In this document: positions 28,616 to 36,304 of the stretch, piece after piece
Layout: the number at the start of each line of letters is the position of its first letter
Position numbering within the stretch: the first letter of the stretch is position 1
Assembly: GCA_943359365.1 (NCBI GenBank)
Contig: CALRHG010000002.1
Span: 1-57,309, forward strand
Reading direction: 5' to 3'
Source: Candidatus Nomurabacteria bacterium
GTDB taxonomy: Bacteria; Patescibacteriota; Minisyncoccia; Phycocordibacterales; UBA9973
Length of the DNA: 57,309 bases
The notes under the pieces: model-generated
Told to the model about the DNA's origin: nothing
Seen by the model: the letters and a program-made list of their open reading frames with translations, nothing else
The model's database searches: none
Translations under genes and position numbers: made by a program

Positions 28616-29308
28616 ATGCAAGAAAAACTAAAAAATTATCTTAAAGATGCAGGGCTGCAAATTTCCAATTTGGAAGTTGCAGAAAAGTTTGGCAATGATT
28701 TAGGTGCTGTTCTGGAGACAGTATTAAATACACAGGAAGATGTAGAAAAGTTGCTTACTTATCAAGTGCCAAAACTCGGGGAAGACGGGATCGTTTCTAT
28801 CATAGATGAATTAAGCGACACTCCGTATAAGTTAAAAAAAATTCTACTGTACAATAATTTTAATGATGAAGAAATTAATAAATTGGTTTATAAGCTAAAT
28901 AAAGTTATGGAATTGTTGCACAGTGAAATCGGCTCTGATTGGACGGGAATTTACAAAAAACTAAATACGGAGACGGGGCCCGCTCTGGTTAAATTGGCCT
29001 ATAAAGGCATTGCAAGCAGAGTGGAATTTCCTCTGACGAAAGAATTTTCCAAACACAGCACTAACTCTACCGTCGGCCTATCTGGCAAAGCGGTTTTAGT
29101 GACTAACGTAGGGAAGCATAGACAAGAAGGCAAGCCGTATTACACCTACGATGAAAAAATAAAATCCGAATTGTGCATGCCAATTTTTTCGAAAGATAAA
29201 GAAGTAATTGGAATTATTAATCTTGAATCCCTGCAGGAAAACTTTTTCGATGAAGAAAAAATAGAAAAAGCGGCAGTGGCTTGTGTATTGCTGTCGGAAA
29301 AATTATAA
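28616..29308 (+). CDS. GAF-domain protein (fRMsr/GAF_2-like fold with an N-terminal extension)
   Basis: 230 aa. The C-terminal ~130 aa show W.GIY..., SELCMPIF and IGIINLES...F.EE, the pattern of free-Met-sulfoxide-reductase-type GAF domains. Confidence 0.6.
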   Translation: MQEKLKNYLKDAGLQISNLEVAEKFGNDLGAVLETVLNTQEDVEKLLTYQVPKLGEDGIVSIIDELSDTPYKLKKILLYNNFNDEEINKLVYKLNKVMELLHSEIGSDWTGIYKKLNTETGPALVKLAYKGIASRVEFPLTKEFSKHSTNSTVGLSGKAVLVTNVGKHRQEGKPYYTYDEKIKSELCMPIFSKDKEVIGIINLESLQENFFDEEKIEKAAVACVLLSEKL

Positions 29309-29320
29309 TTGGTCATTGTT

Positions 29321-30175
29321 ATGACCCCCAAATACATAGACATACACAGCCATGTAAACTTCAAAGCGTTCGACGAGGATCGAGATGAAGTTATTCGCCG
29401 TGCTTTGGCGAATGATACTTGGATAATCAATGTGGGCACGCAGGTGGACACTTCCCAAAAGGCGGTGGAGATGGCAAATCAGTATCCTGAGGGCGTTTAC
29501 GCTATTATTGGGTTGCACCCTATACACACCGGCGCTTCATATCATGATGAGAAAGAATTGGGTGAAGGGGGAAAAGAATTTACTTCGCGCGGAGAAAGTT
29601 TCGACAAAGAATCTTACCGAGAACTTTTGAAAGACCCGAAAGCAAATAAAAAAATAGTGGGCATAGGGGAATGCGGGTTGGATTATTATAGGTGTACGCC
29701 GGAATCAATTGCAAAACAAAAAAAAGATTTTATTAGCCAGATAGAATTGGCGAATGAATTTAATAAGCCTTTGATGCTGCATATCCGCAATAATCCTGAA
29801 GACAAAATAAAAAATGCATACAAAGATAGTCTTGAAATTTTAAAACAGCACGCGAAGGTCAAAGGTGATGTACATTTTTTTGCGGGGACCATAGAAGAAG
29901 CAAAAAGTTTTGTTGATTTCGGCTTCGCTCTTTCTTTTACAGGAGTTATAACTTTTACCAAGGATTATGATGAAGTCATTAGAAACACTCCGCTTGATAT
30001 GATTATGTCTGAGACAGATTCTCCCTATGTGACGCCCACGCCATACAGAGGTAAGAGAAATGAGCCTTCTTATGTGCGGGAAGTGGTCAAAAAAATTGCT
30101 GAGGTTAAAAACTTGCCTGAAGAGAAGGTTGCAAAGGCAATAATAGAAAATGCTAAGCGGGTGTTTACTTTCTAG
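29321..30175 (+). CDS. tatD: TatD-family metal-dependent hydrolase/DNase
   Basis: Start set at ATG 29321. Motifs DIHSHVN, GECGLDY, LHIR, HFFAG and ETDSPY. Confidence 0.85.
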   Translation: MTPKYIDIHSHVNFKAFDEDRDEVIRRALANDTWIINVGTQVDTSQKAVEMANQYPEGVYAIIGLHPIHTGASYHDEKELGEGGKEFTSRGESFDKESYRELLKDPKANKKIVGIGECGLDYYRCTPESIAKQKKDFISQIELANEFNKPLMLHIRNNPEDKIKNAYKDSLEILKQHAKVKGDVHFFAGTIEEAKSFVDFGFALSFTGVITFTKDYDEVIRNTPLDMIMSETDSPYVTPTPYRGKRNEPSYVREVVKKIAEVKNLPEEKVAKAIIENAKRVFTF

Positions 30176-30201
30176 AGTGTTTTTGCTAAGATGAAATCCA
30201 C

Positions 30202-30702
30202 ATGTCAGACGAAGAAGTTAAAGCTAATATCGAAGAAGTAGAGGGAGTGGAAGCGAATTCCAAGGTATACGAACTCGGCTATCTTTTGGTGCCGACGATT
30301 GCGGCAGATGATGTGCCAGTTTCTTATGGTAATTTGAAAGAACTCGTCTCGTCCTTGGGTGGAGAGAATATTGCGGATGAAATGCCAAAGATGATCAGCC
30401 TCGCTTACTCTATGACAAAAGTTATTTCCAATGTGCGAAGCAAATTTAACACTGCTTATTTCGGTTGGGTCAAGTTCACTATGGACGCGCAAAAAGTTTT
30501 AGAATTAAAGAAAGTTCTTGATCTTGATATAAAAATTATTAGATTTTTACTCTTAAAAACTGTCAAAGAAAATACTATTGCCGCAAAAAGATTCGTACGC
30601 GGAGAAACATACAAGCGGCCGGTGAAGAAGGAAAACGAGACAGCCACTCCTATCAACAAAGAAGAAATTGATAAAGAAATCGACGCTTTGGTCGCAGTAT
30701 AA
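30202..30702 (+). CDS. rpsF: 30S ribosomal protein S6 (with N- and C-terminal extensions)
   Basis: 166 aa with the YELGYLLVP core. Conserved rpsF-ssb-rpsR gene order. Confidence 0.8.
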   Translation: MSDEEVKANIEEVEGVEANSKVYELGYLLVPTIAADDVPVSYGNLKELVSSLGGENIADEMPKMISLAYSMTKVISNVRSKFNTAYFGWVKFTMDAQKVLELKKVLDLDIKIIRFLLLKTVKENTIAAKRFVRGETYKRPVKKENETATPINKEEIDKEIDALVAV

Positions 30703-30750
30703 TTATTAGTAACTTACCCCGCCCATTACGGGCGGGGTGAATAAATCACT

Positions 30751-31206
30751 ATGTATTTAAATAAAGCAATAATTGTAGGCAATCTAACTCGCGATCCGGA
30801 ACTCGCTACTATTCCTTCCGGCCAAAAAGTTTGTAAATTTGGAGTGGCGACGAACCGAGTTTGGAAAGATAAGAGCGGTGCCAAACAAGAATCGGTTACA
30901 TTTCATAATGTCGTAGTCTGGGGCAGGCAGGCGGAAACTTCAGCGCAATATTTAAAGAAAGGCCAGCAAGTGATGATCGAGGGGCGCATAGAGACTCGCA
31001 GCTGGGACGACAAGACTTCTGGGGAGAAAAAATATCGAACAGAAATCATTGCGGATAGAGTGCAGTTTGGTTCAAAAGGGGGAGCGGCAGGTGCAAGCGG
31101 TGCAGCACCAAGCACGGGAGCCGGCAAAGCTGCATCAAGCACTGGCGAAGTCGACAGTATAGAATACCCGGAAGAAGACATTAATCCTGAAGACATTCCG
31201 TTTTAA
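30751..31206 (+). CDS. ssb: single-stranded DNA-binding protein
   Basis: 151 aa with OB-fold N-terminus LNKAIIVGNLTRDPE, a Gly/Ala-rich linker and an acidic DIPF tail. Confidence 0.9.
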   Translation: MYLNKAIIVGNLTRDPELATIPSGQKVCKFGVATNRVWKDKSGAKQESVTFHNVVVWGRQAETSAQYLKKGQQVMIEGRIETRSWDDKTSGEKKYRTEIIADRVQFGSKGGAAGASGAAPSTGAGKAASSTGEVDSIEYPEEDINPEDIPF

Positions 31207-31221
31207 TAATTAACAAAAAAT

Positions 31222-31422
31222 ATGAAACAAGATTATTTTTCAGCCAATAACATAAAGTTTATAGACTACAAGGATATTGAAATCCTGAAGAAATTTTTAA
31301 ATCCCAACGGTAAAATCGTGAGCCACAAGCGCACGGGGGTGACGGCAAAAAACCAGCGTCAGCTTGCTATGGCTATCAAGCACGCGCGATTCCTGGGCTT
31401 GCTGCCTTTTGTAGTAAAATAA
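31222..31422 (+). CDS. rpsR: 30S ribosomal protein S18
   Basis: 66 aa with IDYKD...LKKF and [26 protein letters not shown]. Confidence 0.9.
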   Translation: MKQDYFSANNIKFIDYKDIEILKKFLNPNGKIVSHKRTGVTAKNQRQLAMAIKHARFLGLLPFVVK

Positions 31423-31539
31423 AAACTCTTTCTTGGCATACTTTTTATAAAGCAATCTATCTGGCACTGCTGTGCCAGCGAACTTCTCGCGCCGTCGCGC
31501 TGCGAAAGGCTTTCTAAAAAGTACGCCTGCGACGAGTTT

Positions 31540-32121
31540 TTATATTCTTTCCACGTATTCTCCAGTTTCTGTGTTGATACTGACTACATCTCCTTCAGCG
31601 ATAAACATCGGAGCGTTCAGGGTCGCACCGTTTTCTAGCGTTATGATTTTCATGCCGCCCTTTGAGGTGTCTCCGCGTACGGCCGGGGGAGCTTCCTTGA
31701 CTACGAAATTCATTTTGATCGGCAGAGTAATTTTAATTATTTTTTCCTCATCATCGTCGTTGGTCCAGACCAAGGCCGTGACATTGCCATTTTGTTTCAG
31801 AAATTTTGCCGCATCGCCGATGAGCGCGAGGTCTAATTTGAACCTGTTGCTTTTATCAGCAGGGTCGCAGAACCAGTACTCACCTTTGTTGGTATAAAGA
31901 AAAGTAACTTCTTTTTTTTCTATATCTGCTTCGTCCGCTGATTCAGACACATGGAAAGTGGCATTTATGGTCTTGCCGGATATGAGAGTCTTGAGTTTGA
32001 CTTGATTCTGAGGCTTTCGCTGCTGAGTGCGAGCCACATGGGACTCGATGACTTCGCAAGGTTCACCATCGTAAATAATTATTTTCTTTTCGCGAATTTC
32101 GCTGTATTCAAGTTTGGACAT
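31540..32121 (-). CDS. efp: elongation factor P (divergent modification loop)
   Basis: 193 aa with a DGEP..V N-terminal barrel and the C-terminal GDT.KGG.K...LENGA....P.FI..GD...INTETGEYVERI pattern. Confidence 0.85.
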   Translation of the reverse strand: MSKLEYSEIREKKIIIYDGEPCEVIESHVARTQQRKPQNQVKLKTLISGKTINATFHVSESADEADIEKKEVTFLYTNKGEYWFCDPADKSNRFKLDLALIGDAAKFLKQNGNVTALVWTNDDDEEKIIKITLPIKMNFVVKEAPPAVRGDTSKGGMKIITLENGATLNAPMFIAEGDVVSINTETGEYVERI

Positions 32122-32150
32122 GGGTTCATATTAGCAGAAAAAGCTTTTTT

Positions 32151-32187
32151 AGCAAACTTGTCAACCTGGCAGGTTGACAAGTTTGCT
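32151..32187. repeat. REP-like palindrome copy 1 (perfect 18-nt arms)
   Basis: AGCAAACTTGTCAACCTG-G-CAGGTTGACAAGTTTGCT. Confidence 0.9.
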
Positions 32188-32208
32188 GGGTTTACGGAGA
32201 ATTAAAAT

Positions 32209-33207
32209 ATGCTTGATTGTGTTTTTAAAAACATGTTACAATTTATACACATGACTAAAAAAATTAGCTTAAAATTGAAAAGCATAAAATATTCAGGTGA
32301 TTCCATAGGTGACGACATTCGTTTAGAAGTTGATATTTTGGGAAAATCTTCTAGTGTGAAGAAAAATATCAAAACAGGTACACAACAAAAGTTTGATAAA
32401 ATAGTTGGCGAATTTGATACGGATAAAAAAATATTTGAATCTAATATTAATCTAAGAATTATCGAGGATGATCCAGTTTTTAATGATATTGGAAATCTGG
32501 AAACTAAAATTAAAATTGATACCTCTAAGCAAAATCAGGAGTTTTCATATGAAGTTTCAGTAAAAGAGTTCAGAGTTAATTTTTCTAAAGCCAAAGCAAT
32601 TTTTGTCATTACCTTACAAGCGGAAATATTGGGACCGGAAACATACTTATCTGAAACGCAGGACGGCTGGCTAGCGGTTAAGATTAAGGGACTAGTAGAG
32701 GAAAAATCTTTACCTGCTTTTTTGCGAGTTAAATTGCTTAAGTCTGATAATAAGCGAGATTATTTTAATGTTTTAGAAGGTTTTTATACAGGGAAACAGG
32801 CATCGGTCAAGAAAAGACCCGATAATACTTCTTATATACAGAATGGAATTTTGGAGCGTGAACCTACTGAGCTAGTTTATTCAATTTCTAAAAAAAGTTT
32901 TACAGCAGACGATCAGACTTATGTGGCTGATGATGATCCAAATAATTTATTAAAACTCGGAATTTACGATATTGAGATCCCAGATGCTCCGCACGAACTG
33001 GGAAGAAAATATCTTGATAGAGCTCGTTTTGCTCTTGTGTGGTTTCGCATTGGTCATAGTGGAGACCGATATGTACACACGGGAAGTGTTTCGGCAGGTT
33101 GTTTATCTATGAATGAAATTAAAAAATGGGATAGTTTATGCATAAAAATGTTAAAGGCTAGAAAAGGGGATAGAGTAAGTGTCGGCACTTTACGGGTAAT
33201 AGAATAA
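32209..33207 (+). CDS. hypothetical protein with an L,D-transpeptidase-fold / Tlde1 (DUF2778)-like C-terminal domain
   Basis: 332 aa. GGAGA lies 8 nt upstream of ATG 32209 (alternative start ATG 32251). C-terminus: GIYDIEIP...FRIGHSGDRYVHTGSVSAGCLSM, with His 15 residues before an S-x-G-C motif. Confidence 0.55.
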   Translation: MLDCVFKNMLQFIHMTKKISLKLKSIKYSGDSIGDDIRLEVDILGKSSSVKKNIKTGTQQKFDKIVGEFDTDKKIFESNINLRIIEDDPVFNDIGNLETKIKIDTSKQNQEFSYEVSVKEFRVNFSKAKAIFVITLQAEILGPETYLSETQDGWLAVKIKGLVEEKSLPAFLRVKLLKSDNKRDYFNVLEGFYTGKQASVKKRPDNTSYIQNGILEREPTELVYSISKKSFTADDQTYVADDDPNNLLKLGIYDIEIPDAPHELGRKYLDRARFALVWFRIGHSGDRYVHTGSVSAGCLSMNEIKKWDSLCIKMLKARKGDRVSVGTLRVIE

Positions 33208-33213
33208 AATTCG

Positions 33214-34146
33214 ATGAGATCGAAAGTAAAATTACTTATTTTTTCATTAGCTTTACTGGTATTTTTATCTGTGATTTTGTTTTCGTATAAGCAGACTGAT
33301 AAGATAATTTCGTCTCCATCAGTTGCCGAATACTTAGAAGATAAAGGTTTACCGAATGAAATTGGAGAATTTAAAGTTGGGGACGACGCCCCATTCAAAC
33401 CAGGGGAAGAAATTCAAGAATCTTTTAAAAAGATTCCACCTTCTAAATTTTATATGTATTTATGGAGTCCAAATATTGATTATGGATGTGTGTATGAAGA
33501 GTGTGGAAAAAATGGGGAGGTCGTGGCTTCACTTAGGGGCTGGCTGCAAGGGACAGGTACCACATACAGTGAATTAGTGCCTTTGGTAAATTCGTCAAAA
33601 GTGGAATCTTTAATTCTGGTTGCGGATAAAGATTCTAAAGTAGTTGGAGTTTATCCGAATAAAGATATGCCAGATATTCTGAATATTTTAGCTAAGCATA
33701 AAGATTTAGTGGATTTTAAAATGCTGGAAGGAATAAAAGAATTAGGCAATTTAGAATTAAATTCTATGTTGCCATTTGACCCAGCAAATTATGCGATGTC
33801 AAAATTAAAAGAAGAAATTAAAACTCCCAATTATTATTTAATAGTCGTTCACGAAACTATATCAGACGAGGGTTATTGCCCATATCGTGAGTGCGGTGTT
33901 TTCTTGGAAACTATTTTCGAACAAAAAGGCTGGTTCATAAGCATCAACCACAAGAATCCAGAGATAATAGAAAAATTAGGGTTGGATGCTAATCAAGTGG
34001 CGCAGGGAGAAATCACCTTAATTGTTTTGGCGGATAAAAATAAGAAAATTGTTTCCATTCACCCAAATTATGATATTCGTGATATATATACTGTACTTGC
34101 CCAACATCCGGAGTTAGCGCCCTTTAAAGATTTTCCTTGGCGGTAG
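33214..34146 (+). CDS. hypothetical exported/membrane-anchored protein with two tandem thioredoxin-like-looking domains (C-x4-C in each)
   Basis: 310 aa with an N-terminal signal/TM (LLIFSLALLVFLSVILF). Internal duplication: ..GCVYEECG..LILVADKDSKVVGVYPNKDMPDILNILAKHKDL.. versus ..YCPYRECG..LIVLADKNKKIVSIHPNYDIRDIYTVLAQHPEL.. Confidence 0.55.
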   Translation: MRSKVKLLIFSLALLVFLSVILFSYKQTDKIISSPSVAEYLEDKGLPNEIGEFKVGDDAPFKPGEEIQESFKKIPPSKFYMYLWSPNIDYGCVYEECGKNGEVVASLRGWLQGTGTTYSELVPLVNSSKVESLILVADKDSKVVGVYPNKDMPDILNILAKHKDLVDFKMLEGIKELGNLELNSMLPFDPANYAMSKLKEEIKTPNYYLIVVHETISDEGYCPYRECGVFLETIFEQKGWFISINHKNPEIIEKLGLDANQVAQGEITLIVLADKNKKIVSIHPNYDIRDIYTVLAQHPELAPFKDFPWR

Positions 34147-34147
34147 A

Positions 34148-34173
34148 TGTCAACCTGTCAGGTTGACAAGTTT
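34148..34173. repeat. REP-like palindrome copy 2 (left arm truncated)
   Basis: TGTCAACCTG-T-CAGGTTGACAAGTTT, starting 2 nt after the stop of ORF 33214. Confidence 0.85.
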
Positions 34174-34196
34174 ATAGGATTTGAGAAAATAGGGTA

Positions 34197-34883
34197 ATGG
34201 TGGGAGATATTTATCATATTTGCAATAGAGGCATTAGAAAAGAAAAAATTTTTGACAATGATGCTGATTATTTTAGATTTGTTTTGAATTTATATCGTTT
34301 GAATAATAAAGGGGAAAGTTTGAGGATGAATCCACACAGAAAATCTATTGATTCTTTTCCGGAACAAGATAAAATAGTTGAAGTTTTAAAATGGACTTTA
34401 CTGTCGAATCACTACCACCTTCTTTTATATGAAAAAGTTGACGGCGGAGTTTTAGAATTTGTTAAAAGACTCGGTAACTCATTTACTAAGTATATAAACA
34501 TCAAAAGGGAAGCTAGTGGCTACCTATTTCAAAATTCTGCCCGTATTATTCAGATTCAAAGCGATAAGCATTTTTTGTATATTCCATTTTATATTGATCT
34601 TAATTTACTGGATTTAATTTATTCAAAGACTGAACACAGGAAAATTGATATTAAAAAGTCACTGGATTTTTTCAAAAATTATAAATGGTCTAGCTTCCGC
34701 GATTATTTTGGGGATCAAAATTCCCCCTTTTTAAAAATTATAAATAAGGATTTATTTTATGAAACTTTCGATGTGAATCCTAAAACTTACCAAAAAGAAC
34801 TCTCCGATTTCTTAAAAGGGGACGAATATGAAACATTAAAATGCGATCTTATAAAAGAAAAACTTGTCGACGTGGCAGGTTGA
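34197..34883 (+). CDS. IS200-like Y1 (HUH) transposase, REP-associated tyrosine transposase (RAYT)-like
   Basis: 228 aa with YHICNRG, the HUH motif SNHYHLLL, catalytic-Tyr region FTKYIN, GYLFQ and YKWSSFRDY. Flanked on both sides by the same palindrome. Confidence 0.75.
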   Translation: MVGDIYHICNRGIRKEKIFDNDADYFRFVLNLYRLNNKGESLRMNPHRKSIDSFPEQDKIVEVLKWTLLSNHYHLLLYEKVDGGVLEFVKRLGNSFTKYINIKREASGYLFQNSARIIQIQSDKHFLYIPFYIDLNLLDLIYSKTEHRKIDIKKSLDFFKNYKWSSFRDYFGDQNSPFLKIINKDLFYETFDVNPKTYQKELSDFLKGDEYETLKCDLIKEKLVDVAG

Positions 34884-34890
34884 CAAGTTT
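34860..34890. repeat. REP-like palindrome copy 3 (two arm mismatches)
   Basis: AAACTTGTCGACGTG-G-CAGGTTGACAAGTTT. It encodes the last 8 codons and the stop of the RAYT-like gene and abuts the recA stop. Confidence 0.85.
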
Positions 34891-35958
34891 CTAGGCCTCC
34901 TCGGCAAACTTCTTTCTGATTTCTTTTAATATCTGATCAGATATTTTTTTATTCTCTTTCAGGAAAGTACGAGTAGCGTCGTAGCCCACGCCGAGCTTTA
35001 CTTTCTCTGATTTCTCCTCACCCTTGGGAAGGGGGAGGTCAGGTGGGGGTACGAAGAAATACGAATTCCCAGATTTTTCTATGATTTTAAATTTCTCTCC
35101 GAGCGCCATGATTTCGCCTTCTTTGGAAATGCCTTCATTGTAGATGATATCGAATTCCGTCTGTTTGAACGGAGCGGCGACTTTGTTTTTGACTATTTTC
35201 ACGCGCGTGCGGCTGCCCACGACTTCCTCTCCTTTTTTGATTTGGGCGATTTTGCGGATATCGAGGCGGATAGAAGTGTAAAATTTGAGGGCTTTGCCTC
35301 CCGGAGTCGTTTCCGGATTGCCGAACATTACGCCTATTTGCATGCGGATCTGGTTGATGAAAATGACAACTGTTTTAGACCTCGCGACGATGGCGGTGAG
35401 CTTGCGAAGGGCTTGGGACATGAGCCGAGCCTGCTTGCCGACATGGTACGCGCCCATATCGCCCTCGATTTCATCTTTCGGTGTCAGAGCTGCCACGGAG
35501 TCAATGACGATGACATCTATCTTGCCTGTGCGCACGAGGGACTCTACGATTTCGAGCGCCTGTTCGCCGTTGTCGGGCTGGGAGATGAGCAAATTATTTA
35601 TATTTACTCCGAGTTTTTTCGTATATTCCGGATCCATCGCGTGTTCGGCATCTATGTAGGCGCAAACTCCGCCGAGTCTTTGCGCTTCGCCGACGATGTG
35701 GAGGGATAGGGTAGTCTTGCCGGAAGATTCCGGTCCGAATATTTCTATGATTCTCCCGCGGGGGATTCCGCCCACGCCGAGCGCCATGTCGAGGCCGATG
35801 GAGCCTGTCGGGATCACATTCACGTCCACTTTAGGAGAGTCCCCAAATTTCATGATTGCTCCTTCGCCGAATTTTGTCTGAATGGATTTCAGGGTGTCCT
35901 CCAGCACAGCCATGCCTACCGTCTTGTCTTCTTTCTTCTCTTTTTTCTTGTTCATCAT
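34891..35958 (-). CDS. recA: recombinase RecA
   Basis: 355 aa with Walker [18 protein letters not shown] and [10 protein letters not shown]. Carries a short in-frame insertion ([15 protein letters not shown]) in the C-terminal domain. Confidence 0.95.
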   Translation of the reverse strand: MMNKKKEKKEDKTVGMAVLEDTLKSIQTKFGEGAIMKFGDSPKVDVNVIPTGSIGLDMALGVGGIPRGRIIEIFGPESSGKTTLSLHIVGEAQRLGGVCAYIDAEHAMDPEYTKKLGVNINNLLISQPDNGEQALEIVESLVRTGKIDVIVIDSVAALTPKDEIEGDMGAYHVGKQARLMSQALRKLTAIVARSKTVVIFINQIRMQIGVMFGNPETTPGGKALKFYTSIRLDIRKIAQIKKGEEVVGSRTRVKIVKNKVAAPFKQTEFDIIYNEGISKEGEIMALGEKFKIIEKSGNSYFFVPPPDLPLPKGEEKSEKVKLGVGYDATRTFLKENKKISDQILKEIRKKFAEEA

Positions 35959-35959
35959 G

Positions 35960-36304
35960 TTAGTAAATTAGCTTATAATTTTTTTGGTCAACATATCCAA
36001 ATTTATCTTTGGCAGTTATATTTATTATATTATATCCCGGTAGGAGCGCAATCGTTTCGTTAAAATTGCCTTTTTCGTCTATCGTAATTTCTCGTCCGTT
36101 TAAAGTTAAATTTATCGCGTTCTCCGCGTTACCGGCGACTTCTATAATATTGTTTACAACTTTTGCTCCTTCAACTATGTTCACATTTTTTATTTTTATT
36201 CCAAAAATTAAATCCTGAGAGCGGGAAAAGCCGTAGATAACAATAAATAGAAAAAAAATAGTAAGAGAAGCTATCTTTAATATTTTTTTGACATCAGTGG
36301 TCAT
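35960..36304 (-). CDS. hypothetical membrane-anchored small protein with an Ig-like beta domain
   Basis: 114 aa with an N-terminal TM ([16 protein letters not shown]). 4-nt overlap with the ftsK stop. Confidence 0.55.
   Translation of the reverse strand: MTTDVKKILKIASLTIFFLFIVIYGFSRSQDLIFGIKIKNVNIVEGAKVVNNIIEVAGNAENAINLTLNGREITIDEKGNFNETIALLPGYNIINITAKDKFGYVDQKNYKLIY

Larger units (their letters stand above)
32151..34890 (+). mobile_element. candidate REP/RAYT module carrying two cargo ORFs, inserted between efp and recA
   Basis: Three copies of the 15-mer CAGGTTGACAAGTTT with palindromic partners bracket ORF332+ORF310 and the Y1 transposase gene. Confidence 0.5.

Noticed and set aside
28616-29308. 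Calling the GAF protein a functional free methionine-(R)-sulfoxide reductase (msrC).
   Set aside because: By manual alignment the three catalytic/resolving Cys positions of the E. coli and yeast enzymes are Ser/Thr here, so only the fold-level assignment is kept.
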